The notes under the pieces are model-generated. The model saw only the letters and a program-made list of their open reading frames with translations. It ran no database searches and had not been told where the DNA came from. From the NCBI GenBank assembly GCA_965637545.1, contig OZ281494.1:12834001-12898000 (forward strand): 64,000 bases of DNA. Direction: 5' to 3'. A program made the translations under genes and the position numbers. Positions 35,601 through 48,800 of the stretch are shown piece after piece. Numbering within the stretch: position 1 is the first letter of the stretch; each line of letters starts with the position of its first letter. Source of the DNA: Phallusia mammillata (lineage: Eukaryota).

Positions 35601-38600
35601 GAACCATTCGTGGCCAAGATATAGAGAATCTACAAAAAGGCACCAACGATTGGATTTAAGATATTCCTTTTGCACAAAGGTAACAAAATAAATATAGTAC
35701 CTATAGTAAGACACCCCAAGATTCTTTAATAACGCTACGTCAGTGTCGATTTTGTTGTAACTGTCACAAGCGACGTCGCCGTTCCTACCATCCTATGAGA
35801 AACCAAAAAAATAATCACCCAATTCACATACCTTTTTACAAGGATTGCCACGATAAAAAGTGTTAAATGTGTATATTCGACTTGTTGGCTAACTGCTGAA
35901 TTGAGTTACTTACAGCAACTAGCCAAGGAGTGTGAGATGTTTTGTCCCAAATTCCAACAGCTTTTCCATCACTTCGCCAACCTCCTTCAATCTGAATAAA
36001 CATTAAATTTATTCTGATTTTGATTAAACCCCAACTCCGGATGTGATATATCAGACTGAAAAGCCGTACTTGATATGATGACGTAGCAACTGCCCAAATA
36101 AAGTCGGAAGGAAATTCTCCTACCAAGCGTTCGTCGCGTTCTAGAGGTGGAAATCCGTTTTCACGAATCACTTGGCTGAAAAACCAATTAAGCAAATCCG
36201 TTAATATCTAACCTTATTTTGCTGGGTTAAGATGTAATGATTTTTCTTCTGATTTTGGCTTACTTGTAATAGATAGATGATCGCCTCGGTGTTCTGGGCC
36301 GCACTGGGTCGTTGAAATCGACGTGGAACAGACCAAACTTTGCGCTGTAACCGAAATTCCATTGAAAGCCGTCCAGAAATGAATAGGCAGAATAACCACG
36401 GACATCAACTCCATCAAGGGTATGTGCTGTAAACAGTATGTTCGAAATTTTAAACAAGGAAAATGTCAATTGAAAATTGTCCACCATAGTAAACTCGCCT
36501 TTCAATGCTTCGTTTATGTTGGATTTGAAGAACATTACTCTTTCTTCGTCGTCCAAAGTTGGGTCGGTACTCCCCACACCGTTTTCCACAATGTATATTG
36601 GAGGGCTTCCATATTCCCTGTCGATCCAGTTTAGTAAACGACGCAAACCCCATGGAACAATTTGCTGCCAAGGTGGATAGGCTGTAGTCGTGCCAGGAAT
36701 CGGGACCTGAGAGTTATCATGGTGTCAGGCCGATTGAAGGCGCCATATCGAACCAACCGGTCACCAAGCATTCACCACCATATGACAAGGCGTATAGGCT
36801 AGAAAAATCTAGTCAGCGGTGGGATTTGAACCCACGACAGGAGTCTTTCCGGGACTGCAGCCTATTGTATTTTCCTTATTAATGCGTAAAAACAAATTAT
36901 ATAACCTAAGCCGCTCCACTATTATTTTGAAGCTACCAAGTTCGTTTCCAACAGGGCCTTAACAATTGTGTGAGCTAATTATAAGTGCCTAGCCTACGTC
37001 GGCGCTGAAAAAACAATGCTTTTAGCGGTTGGTTGTCTTACGGATCAAAATATCAAAACCCACACCTCATTTGTATCTCGGTCATTTTCGTAATTTGGAG
37101 TTGACGAATCTTTCAGCTGATGGTTGACGAGTCGCGAAGTAAAACTTGTTACGCCAAAGAAGTCGTAACTTCCTGCGATTTCTCGCTTTTCAGCTTCGGT
37201 AAACACCGGCAGTCGAGATTCTGGCAGACCTGAGATGCAGAACTTGAGAATGTTTTCTTCTTGATAAAAAAAACTGAAGCACAAGTGACAAACCTTGCAA
37301 GGCGCTCTTGTCTGACACCTGCTTTTTAACGATCTCTGGGTAATTCCCGTTCTTGCAAATCGGATGAGCGAACCAACCGAGACGAGACTTAAACAAAGAC
37401 AATACAAGTTGTTACTTGACTTAAAAAATATGATGCTGCACTATCAATCATACCTGTAGCATTCTATCAGCAGCTGCCACGTCATCTTGACTATTTTGAT
37501 CTTTCGGCTCCGCCCAATCGCTACTCATAGTTATTCCAACTTTTCCAGCTTGCAAATTCTTGTAATCACTCTCGTAAAGTCTATAGGCCCTTGCATGTGC
37601 CCTAATGATGTTGTGGGCACACAGGTACGGTGTCGTACCCGGTGCGTCGGATGTTCCAGGAGCAAAGACGCCCAATCCGTTACTACGCAATCAGGTACAT
37701 AGCAAGAAAAGTTTTGTTTTGTGAATTTGTTCTCTTACTCACCCCAACCAACAAGTCTTGTAAGGTTCATTGAATGTGTTCCAAACCTTAACCCTGTCTC
37801 CGAATGTGTTGAAGCAAAAATCCACATAGTCGACAAAATTTTGAATGGTGTTATCGTTTTGGAAGCCTCCAACGTCTTGCAAGGCCTGTCGAAACGTTAA
37901 ACAACAGCTTAATTTCATCAAGGGTTTAGGTCAGGGGTCGGCAACCATTTACACGACGCGTGCCAATTTGCTTTTTATTTCCATGTGTTAATGACCTCGC
38001 GTGCCAACGTTTTGCTAAATAATAGTACTGCGTGCCAGCAGTTATTAATAGTAAAGAGAAAGCTGAGTGTTTTGTGCATGTAAGGCAAAATTTTAAGGCA
38101 ATGGCATAGTAAAACAAGAAACAAGCAGTGTAACATGTTAAATTGTTACTTCAATACAAACATGCAAATCAGTTGGCGTGCCATGAAAAACCCTCTCGCG
38201 TGCCAATGTTGGCACGCGTGCCAGGGGTTGCCGACCCCTGGTTTAGGTACTATGGATGTGCTAATGTCAAAATCGTCCTAACCAATAATGCTTCGTGCAG
38301 ATCAGTCACAAATATATCGCACTGAAAGCATTAGCTGTAGAACAACGTTTTAGTGTCACAGTAAACGAAAATGTAGGTACAAGACAATGTAGACACGTAT
38401 AACCATCAGAAACCGCCAGTTTTTTCACAGAACAAAAAAATTAAAGCATGTTTAGGATTGACGCATACAAAGTATAAACCTGTGGCAAATCCCAATGGTA
38501 AAGAGTAACTATTGGTTCTATTCCCCGAATAATTAAGGAGTTGATCAATTTGTTGTAATAATCAACACCAGCTTGATTCAGGTTGGCGTTAGTTCCATCA

Positions 38601-41600
38601 GGAAATATTCTGGTCCATGCGATTGAAAAGTGGTAGTGACTCACGCCAAGCATTTTGAGAAGGTTTACATCTTCAGCAATCTGAAAAAAAGAAAACGAAT
38701 CACATTTGTAATCAAACACTCATGACCATGGGATTATGTCACAAATTACTTTGTCGTAGCTATTAGCAGAAACGTCTCCAGTTTGATTTTTGTTGCCGGG
38801 AGTCTGTGAAAATCTGTCCCATATACTTTCACCCTTGCCGTCTTCGTTCCAAGCTCCTTCAATCTAAAACATTTGCCACGGTTTAAATGCCATTTTTCCA
38901 ATAGCCTAACTTTATGTGCTTTGATAGCTGGAATGATTGTTGTCAAGTCGGTTTTACCTGATAAGCTGAGGAAGATACGCTCCAAGTGAAGTCTTCAGGA
39001 AAAGTCCCGTAGTAGAAACGATCTCTTGCGATCGGTAGCACAGCATTAAATTCCTGCGTGCCAATAAATTTATAGTCCAAGTTTGCTTTATATCCAGTCC
39101 ATAACCGCTGCTACTAAGTTATACAAGTTGTTTGTGCACAAATCCAATATCAGAGCAAGAACATAAGATCCAATGCATTAGAATGGTACCTATCATAAGT
39201 ATAACAAACTTCAAACCTTCCAAACTGAGACGCTTGCAGCTGATGGGATGGCCGACGCCTCTAGTTTAGTAAAGCTGAATTCTGATGAGGCAATGCCGTC
39301 CCTTGTTGATGAAGAAGTGGATTGCATTGAATTTGTGGGTGGCTGGTCAGTAACAAATCCGTTTTTGCTTGCCACTCCTTGATAGAAAGTCGCCGAACTT
39401 TTGGGAATTCTTGGTCTAAACGCGAAAACATGCAAAAATTAGAGACTTTCTAGATTTCCACTGTTTTTTTTTTATGTTGTCACTTTGTTTAAAGCAGTTG
39501 TTTATTGACATATATCTATGTCGAGTTACGTTAAACTGAACCAATCACAACATGATATTGAACCTGTCAGGATCGTTGAAGTCAACGTAATGTAAACCAG
39601 CTCTTCTTGTATAACCGTGTTCCCATTCAAAACTGTCAAGTAGCTGGGCATAAAAACCTCCAACAGAAACCGATTCCCGATATTGAGCTGAAAACACGAA
39701 ACGTTTTCTTAGAGTTTGAAAAAGTGCAATGCTTTCAGATAAAACTCGAAGCATGTCTGTAATTCGCTTTGTTCAATCATCTGTAACATATATAATACGA
39801 TTTCCCTTGATTTTGACGAAGGTTCCTTTAGATTTTAAAAAGTTTTAAAACTTGAAATATTTATTAATGCCACGAATCCTGTTCAACTCTTTAGTGATAT
39901 TCACCTTTCAACATTTCATTGATGTAAGACTTGTAATATTCTTTACGGTCCGTATCGTCCAGCATCTCTGTGACGTCATCAGTTGCAAATCCAGAGTCGT
40001 AAACCACGATAGGTGACATCATCGCTGTTGCTGATGACGATGGCAAGACGTAAAAGGCGTTTGCAAGATATAGCAGGCGACGAATTGACCATGGAACTGG
40101 AGCCTGGGCTGGATCAACCCCCGTTTGGGGCCAGCTGGGGTCTTTGGATAAAGCTAAGTCCTGATAAGTTAAAACGAGTTGTTGTTGAAACAGTTAGTAC
40201 ATTGCATTTTTAATATCTTTCAACCGCCCTGCAAAGTTTCTGAATTAATTGTTTGGCCTAACCATGACAAAAAAATAGTTTTGTTCCGAGGTTTTGTGCA
40301 GTTTTGCTTTTGAATAAAAAAAATGCAATACGTTTGTATTTCCAGTTACAAGCAACACAATGAAAAGGACAGACTTTTTCACATTATCTACCTGGTGTGT
40401 CCAGTAGTTTTGTGGTGATACAGCTGAGTTATCTTGGTATGCGACAAGTTGTGCAGTTCCAGGTATTAAGATGAAACAATCGGCAGAACCTTGGATACAA
40501 AACAGGTATTGATTGCTATACATTTTGATACATTACGAAATGGAAATTGTTTTTTTATGAAGAGTACTTCTGAAGGGAACCACACATACGATTGCCGATC
40601 TTCAGATTTTTACAGAGATATTATACCTTTAATTTGAGTTTTTTCTTCAGCTGAAAGCGTTGGAAGGTAGCTGGCTCCCGCAGCTGACTTGCTAGCTACT
40701 TGGTCTTTCATAATCTGTGGGAAATCGCCGTTTATAAATACCGGGTTTGCGAAAAATCCGAGTCGAAATTCCGAAGCTCGAATTGCGGCGTCAACATCTT
40801 GCTGCGAGGTGGCGTCAGCAGGTTCATACCAGTCGGAAGAAAGGGCGATTGATACCTAAAAGAAGACGGCCACTAATGTTGATTTGGGCGAAATGTTAAA
40901 ACCATATACCAATTTTGGGAATAAATTTGGGACCTTACCCTTCCATCTTGTGATGAACGATAGCGGTTGTTGTAAATCTTCCAAGCTGCAGCATGTGCCA
41001 ACAACAAGTTCTTTCCAACTTCATATGTGTCGCTTTCCGGTGAACTGGGCCCTGAAAAAGTCGGTTTAAGGTATAATCCTTACTGTTTTTTCAAAGCCTT
41101 TTTGTAAAACGCACGCTTTATCGGCAGTTAATTTTTACCTGGTGGATGTTTCCCGCTTCCATAACCCTTCCACGCCACTGTATAGGGATCGTACATCGTC
41201 ACCCAGTCCTTTACGCGATCGCCAAATGTGTTGAAGCAAAAGTTGGCATATTGTTCGAACCAGCTTTGAGATTTAAAATTGAGCCAACCTATAACAGAGG
41301 AGCCAATTTGTTGTAAGTTTCAAATTTTTGCACTGTATGTGAACATTTGCTGTAATGTGCGAGAATGACGCTTTTTTGCGTCTGTTTGAGCCAGTATATT
41401 TCTTAATTTGTATTTTACAGGTTTTCCGATGCTTTTGAACCTTACAAGTTTTTTTTTGTTAAATACGACAAAGATTTGCTGCTTTTAGAAGTCCCTCCTA
41501 CATAAAAAAAACACTTGTCTCACCTCCGAGTTCAGCTAACACCAGGGGCATGTCGAAATGGTGCAACGTCACTACGGGGGTGAACCCCCTCGCAATTAGT

Positions 41601-43335
41601 TCATTGATGACGTCATTGTAGTGGTCGACCGCCATTTGATTTGCTTGTTCGGTTCCGTCGACGTTTCCGTTTGGAAAGATGCGTGACCATGACAACGAGA
41701 ATCGATAATGAGAAGTACCGAGACCAGTTAAAAGCTAATAGAAAAATATAACTTATTTGCTTTTTACATTTTTTTGGTATTTGTAAGATTTATATGCAAG
41801 TTTTCTAATACTTTTCGGATTAATTTTAAAATTGTTTGCTTATACAATCTGATCCTGTTTACCTGTGCGTCATATAGAGTTTTAAAGTAGGAATCAGTTG
41901 CCACATTTCCAGTCGACAAGCTGGAATTGTCATCAACTATACTTTCTTGTACGTGATTCGCTTTCATGAAATCTGATACTGGAATCTTTCCTGACGTTTG
42001 TGTGAAGTTATCCCACAAACTTGGACCTAAAAAACAAATGTGCCAAACTTTATCAGAAGCCAAAGTAACCCCGGTATTTGCTATTTCTAAAAGTACTAAA
42101 GTTTTAATGCCAAAAAATATTGCATGTACGAGTTGCTTTACTTTTTCCAAACTTTTTCCATGCTCCTTCAGTCTGATAAGCAGATGACCCAGCTCCCCAC
42201 ACAAACCCATCGTAAAATATTCCCTCAATAAATTCGCTTGTGTCATTGTCGCTTCTGCATGTAAATTATTGCAGTTGTGCACAACAATTTTATATCTTTA
42301 TAATAATGATACCAAAATTGTAACAACATCCAACCGATTTATTACGTCACACCTTGACGTTACAGTTTTTTTTTTAAATGACACTGCGTACAACAGCACG
42401 TCAAATCTACTGGTTATCTGGTCACCAATGTTTTATGCTGAACTTGAAGGTTCTAAATTACTAGAATTAAATATGGTTGGCTGAGCTTTTGTGTGAACAT
42501 TTTGTAAGTGTTGAAAATAGATTGGTTGGACGGCGTCACGGCTGATCTATGAAACAGGTGACACTGATGTCATTATCAGTAGATACCCAAGCAGTAATTA
42601 AAAAATGTATATTCAATAGTATACTCTATTAAAAAATGTCATTATATAACTCTCATCACTCGGCAGATCATTTCGTTGAAAGTTAGGAACAGATTTATAT
42701 GACGCCCCTGGACAATTCGCGTACCTTGACCAAAAATATTGCCAAGGTTCGGTTGTGTTGCGAACTTCAATGGAATCTAAAAACAAATCGTGTTAGGTAG
42801 AGGCTTACAGTTGGTGTTATACATGCCACACACCCTCAAAGAAAAGGTCAGATTTCAATATGCGTGAATTCTAAGATGAAATGGGCCTAATTAAGCCACT
42901 TATACGTTGTGGCCGGTTGCGGTCAGACATACGGTCATAGGCTACTGTTTAAAATAGATTTTATAATGTCAGCATAGCAACCTCGTGAGCGATGTTTATC
43001 AGACACCTGTGTGTAGTTCAAACCCTGCCAAACGCGTTTTATTTCGGTCAAACTCAGTATACCGAGCGATTAAGTTTAATTCAATATAATCTTCTTATCT
43101 TTGTTAGTTTAATGCAGTAAGGCACAGTGTTAAGGTGGAAAAAACATACCAGAAAAAAAGTTGCAAATAGGTTCAAATTCGCTATCTTGATAACATCATT
43201 AAAGTTTAAAAACAGCTTGTTGTGTTTGCAAAGTTTGATTGATGCAAACTCACCTACAACACTGGACCAAACGACAATTTCCACCAGAACCAAAGCCAGA
43301 AAACATTTCAATTGCGATCTACCACCAGCCAACAT
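32631..43335 (-). CDS. LCT: Lactase-phlorizin hydrolase-like protein, copy 1 (three GH1 domains, ~31 exons, ~1650 aa)
   Basis: Signal exon 43254-43335 ([27 protein letters not shown]). Domain 1 ([26 protein letters not shown]), domain 2 ([37 protein letters not shown]), domain 3 ([36 protein letters not shown]). Juxtamembrane [18 protein letters not shown] resembles human LPH. Last exon 32631-32659. No frameshift or premature stop was seen in the exons traced. Confidence 0.92.
34374..34593. mobile_element. Mutator-like (MULE) foldback MITE, 220 bp, in LPH copy 1 intron
   Basis: 90-bp inverted arms 34374-34463 and 34504-34593 (87/90 identical) with a 40-nt spacer. Perfect 9-bp TSD AACGTAACA at 34365-34373 and 34594-34602. 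Termini GG...CC. Confidence 0.9.
36811..36863 (-). pseudogene. tRNA 3'-half-like fragment (tRNA pseudogene or tRNA-derived SINE head)
   Basis: Minus strand reads GGCTGCAGTCCCGGAAAGACTCCTGTC-GTGGG-TTCAAAT-CCCAC-CGCTGAC-T followed by AGATTTTT. It has a perfect T-arm/B-box, a 7-nt acceptor 3' strand and a T5 run. No convincing 5' half. Confidence 0.45.
37932..38240. mobile_element. hAT MITE (Buster/Charlie-type), 309 bp, in LPH copy 1 intron
   Basis: Perfect 15-bp TIRs CAGGGGTCGGCAACC / GGTTGCCGACCCCTG. Perfect TSD GTTTAGGT. Internal CGCGTGCCA repeats. Confidence 0.93.
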
Positions 43336-44172
43336 ATTTGCTGGTAGAAAATCCTGCAATGTATTAACATAAAGTTATAGCAGTAAGAAAAAATATATCA
43401 TGGCGTCGTACTTAAAAATATGAGACTGCTGTACCTAAAGCACTGAATTATATTAGCTAACAAAACTAACCAGTTTCAGAATAAAGTCGTTTTTAATGCT
43501 TGTAAATCCAGTGTTTCTGTAAAACAATTGTAACCGCAACTACACAGAGCTTAAATGCAAACATCAAGTCCAAATAAAGTGGCCTTTATATAAATGCTTG
43601 AATGCAAACAATCTTCACTGAAAGCGTAAATTTTATCATAACCGTTTTATGCAGGAGTTTTGTACTCAAACTTCTTTTCTGGCAAAACCTTTGACGCAGC
43701 ACAATAGCAAAAACAAACTCTTGCCGCAATTAATCATTCCAGCCTCTCTTTATAAAGCATTGCAAACATTTCAGTGTCTCTACTTCGAAATCAAAGTATC
43801 ACATTTAACTCGCTAGTCGGGCACTTGATTGACCCCTACAGTAAAACACAGCCTAAAACTTTAAAATGCTTCGCGGGCCGCAGAAAAAATATTGGAGTGC
43901 TGCGTGTTTAAAACCTTAAAACTGGGCACAAGAAACGTTTTTGCATAGATTGTTAAGTCTGAAATTGTATTCACATTTAACAGAAGCTCAAGAACTAATA
44001 AGACGAAGGCGTCACGTGATTTTTCGTATTGCATCTTTATTGCAGGGTTGACAGCAAAGGTTCACTCTATCTAATCCCTTCGGTAGGGCTCTTTTATCCT
44101 ATTGCAAACGTCTGTGAAGTACTCTTCTATAAGATATCTTTTTCTCTGCTTTCTTTTTTTCTCGGCTTGCAT

Positions 44173-44236
44173 CGTTCCCAAAGCGTGTTTAACTTAGCGC
44201 GTTTAACTTTTGCCGTTCCCAAAGCGTGTTTAACTT
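44173..44236. repeat. Short tandem duplication
   Basis: CGTTCCCAAAGCGTGTTTAACTT at 44173 and 44214, with a partial copy (GCGCGTTTAACTT) between. Confidence 0.8.
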
Positions 44237-45871
44237 TACTTCACCTTTTTGTGGCTGCGGAACACTGGGCCACCGGCAGCCTATTTAAGTTTGTTGATTA
44301 CAGAGATGATTTTATTGCAAAACGGCGCCGGCAGCCATTCTCAGGAAAATCGTGTTGCAGCCATATGCTGCGTATAGTTGTTGTATTTTATTCAACGAAA
44401 AAAATCGTTTCGCGCAAAATCCGCTTAAACCGGTTTGCAACCTGCAGGGATGAAACACACTCTTGCTTGAACCCAACGGGCAATTGACCGGCGTTGCTTT
44501 CGAGTTTTTTACGCTTTTTTGGGGGGTTAACCCGTGGTCGCGTTCGAAGATGAAATTTACTTCTAAGTTATACGTTGTTACAAACAGAAAAAAAGTGTCA
44601 AGACGTTCCGTGTTGGTGACGTTATTAGCAAAACGTTACTAGCATGTGTACTTGATATTCTGAGCAAATTCTGAGCGTCAAACGTTACCCCTTGGGGATT
44701 ACATCTACCCCCCAGTTGAGAACCTCATTCCACTTCAAGTTGTTTTGATAGGAGGTGTTACAAAATACCATTGCAACAGAAAAATGATATTAAACATTTA
44801 TATTTTTATGAGGCCTGATTTAAGAGTGCTGCACAAATGCCGGGAACACCATAATACCTGTAAACTTGTGTTATAAATATTCAAGACCTTCCCAACGCAG
44901 CAAAACTTTTAGCTCCCATTCAAGAAGATACTAATCCCCTTTATCGATTCGGGTTCCCATAAGATGCGATTTAATTTAAGATTACAATCAAACGCCGCAA
45001 ATACCGCCCTTGGCTGCCGAAAAGCACAAAAAATGCGGGTTGGCTATCTAGAAACTCAAAAAGGCAAACCTTCGCTGAGGGTGCACTTTACACGAACTTT
45101 TTTTTGAGCAATCGTTTTGACATTTTGCCGTTGGCAGTTCGTGCAGTGCAACTATGTTTTTTAACCATGTCTTAAACTCTTGCCACTTATCTCTACAAGG
45201 ATGAAAAATGACCTTACCGTATATTTATTTCTTGCAGCTTGCTAGCATGCATAAACAATTTTCTATGCATTGGCAGAGGTATTGCGTTTTTTCTATGTTC
45301 AATATTTTAAAGCAAGAAAAACTTTTGTGGCTTTAATTGTCGATTAAGTTGGTTGTTAATCAAAATGCGCCCGAACATCCTATTTTCATTCCCGCAGCAC
45401 GAATGTATTTTACAGGTCACGTATTTTACAGGATCCGTCAACAATCAACAACAAACTGAAGGTCATCCCTTCCGCCCGGGTAATTAATCGTTGCGTTCAA
45501 TACGTGGTTGTCAGCACATCGTACACGAAAATATTTTCAGTCAAACGATTTCAAGTAATGGCCTTTGAAATCATTACACAATCCAAAACAGTAAAATACG
45601 CACAAAACCATGGAATTGAATGACATGGATAACAGCTGATTGTATTGTGACTAAATACTATCTTGAAAGAAATATATTTAAATAATATCTTTAATTTTTT
45701 TAAGAATGAAAGAATGTTTAAATAGTTGGCTTATATACCATCTGGTGTATAACATAATCACATCAAATCTGAAATCTGCAAGTCTAAAATTTATTGTTTG
45801 AAACTTTTACACAATGACCATCAGCAAATGTTTGACAAATCATGATTTCTTGTTCATTGCAGATTCGTGAA

Positions 45872-48800
45872 CTATCCAAAAATCGGGCTCCAATAAAATA
45901 CTGTAAATAAAAAAGGTTATTAGGTTTGCAACGTTGAAAGTTCATCAGAAAGTACATATTGACGCAGTAAACTTACCAGCAACGGAGGTTGTTACGAAAA
46001 ACGCAATAGATGTTGCTAAAAGAACATGCAGTGCCGTTTGAGAATCCTCTTTATTCAAAACCACGCCCAAAAAATTTACTTTTTTGGTACGATCTTCTAC
46101 TGGGGATGTCACGTTAGGATAGCTCATGCAGGCAGGCAATCCTTCCGCTGGGTAGGACTGGCTAATAATTTCCTTTAGACAGAGAGTCGACTGTTTTGGT
46201 ATCCGGGGTCTTTTCGGGTCACTGAAGTTGACCCAGTGTAACCCGAATCGCTGGGTGTAACCCTCTGCCCACTCAAAATTGTCCATCAAAGACCACGCTG
46301 TGTAGCCGGTGACGTTTACACCGTCAAGTTTGATAGCTAAAAAACATCAAGTTATTAGATGTACTGGTGAGATAAAAACTGAAACGTTTTGCGTAGTTTC
46401 TAACGCGCTAAATCTATAAAATTAAATCTTTATACTCATCATTGTCATCAATGTCACTAAGAACTCTACAGGAATACTTTTATTCAAACCTTGTTTTCTG
46501 ACTAAGCAAGGATTTAGGTATATTGCCTATTATTTTATATAATAAACTTTTGAACCTTTGAGCACTTCGTTGATGTAGCCATGATAAAAATCTTTTCTCC
46601 AATAGTCATTAAGTTCCACGGATGAACCTTCTTCGGAGAATCCGTTTTCAGTGATAAGAATTGGAGGATCGCCATATTGATCCTTGATCCAAGACAGAAG
46701 ACGACGGACGCCCCATGGAACCTAAATAAAATTCGCGTAATTTGGAATCGGTTAATGTCACACTCAAGAGCTGATTAAGCCAAAAAATCTACAATCACTT
46801 ACGTCCTTAAGCCAAGATGAAGCTGACTGTGGCCACGTGGTGTCCTTAACAGCTCCCGCCTCTGGATCTTCAAAATATCCCACAGAATTTATTGAGGATG
46901 GATCAAACGAATCAAACGCCAGGTTTGTTGTGTAATGGTTGAATCCGAAGAAATCTGCACTTCCCTTAATGAGGATTTTCTCTTCTTCGGTAAACTTCGG
47001 AAGCCGGGATTCTGGTTCGCCTTGGGCGGCGCTTCTTGCATCCACGTATTCCTGTATAATACTTCAGTTTCGTAGGGGCTGCTCCAAAAAACGCAATCTA
47101 TACACAAACTATGACCAACAATGAACTAAGCTACAATAATAAAATCAGACTTCATGTAAACGCAATCTATTCCAACCTACTGTAGCATGTCATTCATCCG
47201 CTTTCTGCTATGAAATACGCAATTTACTATTCTACAGTATTTGCGTATTTCGCACTTTTTGTGGCAAATAATATTGACTGGAATAAATGACGTTTGCATA
47301 AAGCTTGGGCACTGTATTGATTGCGCATTATATTTTAACTTAATTACATTGTTTGAATAATACATTTTAGTTATATATTAAGACTTTTTTTAGTCAAAAA
47401 GGCAGGTACAAAGCATTTCTTGTTCTAGTTATGTATTGCATATTTTAGAGTAGCCCGTTTCAAACTGTGTTCGTTTTTACTTTCATAACATCTGGGTAAT
47501 CCCCATTGACAAAGATCGGATGAGCCCACCACCCTAAGAAGAATTGCAAAACGCGATCGCTGGCATCGTGATCGGTTTCGCGAAACATGTTTCTAGCCTC
47601 ATGCCAGTCGCAGTTGCAAGTGATAGCGACTTCTCCTTGTTGTTCAGCTGCATATTTTGCGTGATACAATCTGGAAGAAAACATATTGGATTGTCAGAAG
47701 TTTTATGAGCCAAAGAGTGATGTTTTATTGAACTGTTGGCAACGTGTGTTGGGTGTGGGTAAAGCGTGAAACCGGAAAGTGGGCTAAGAAACTAAGAGAA
47801 GTCGAAAAATTGTGTTTGCTTTGACACTTGAACATCGGTAAATCTATAAAATCAAATGTTTCTGAAGGTTTTTTTAAGGTTTGGTTTGGGTGACCGCTAA
47901 GTAGTTTTAAGAGACCGCAAGTGTTTCATCTAAATACCAAAAACTGTAGTTGTAGTTGCAAGTCCAAATTTTGGGAAAACGCTGGAGAAATTTGGGGGAC
48001 CGTTTCGGTCCCCCAAAACACCTTAAAAAAACATTGTTTCTGCGTATATACCACTTTTTAAACAACGTCAATTCATTTTGCTACATTTTTGTAACATTGC
48101 GTATAACATAGTAATTTAACTTTTACCGGTAAGCCTTGGCATGAGCTAACAGGACATTGTGCCCAGCTTTGTAGTCAGAACGACCAGAATCTCTGAGATT
48201 TGGCGAATGAACTGCAACAGAATATCCGAGCACGGTGAATACCCAAGGTTCGTTGAATGTGATCCATTTCTTCACTTTAGATCCGAATGCGTTAAAACAA
48301 GCATCAGCATAATCCACAAACAAATCGATTATCTGGCTGTTAGGCCAACCACCGAATGTGTCCTATAAAGATTACAACAGCTAATTCATTTAAACATTCT
48401 GTGGTGGTTTTTGTTACATCTTATTTGCCAGTAATTGCCGATTTCTATAGATTCCCGCATTTCCTTAGTACAACTTGTGTTGTAACCTAGTGCGTTGTGT
48501 GACGTAACAATGGACTGCCAGTTTTGTGTGATAACGCAACGTGGTTTAGTTCTTTTCGTTGCTGACTTCCGTGGAGCACGGTGTTGCGTCGGTTGTTGTA
48601 GAAAAGCTGTTTATTGTCGTGTTGACGATTATTGGTGAGTCACTTTGTATATATATATGTGTTTAATGACTCAATATTGTGAATTACCATAATGAATGCT
48701 AACCGCTGGAAACTTGGCCAAAACTGCAATGACCTAAAATGTAATTTCCCTTTTTTAATAGTCGTACTGTACGTGTAGTTGGGTTCATTCAAGTTGCTAA

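Noticed and set aside
41944-41986. GT...AG segment within LPH domain 1 as a small intron
   Set aside because: It is 43 nt long, so removal would shift the frame; it is open and identical in both copies, so treated as coding.
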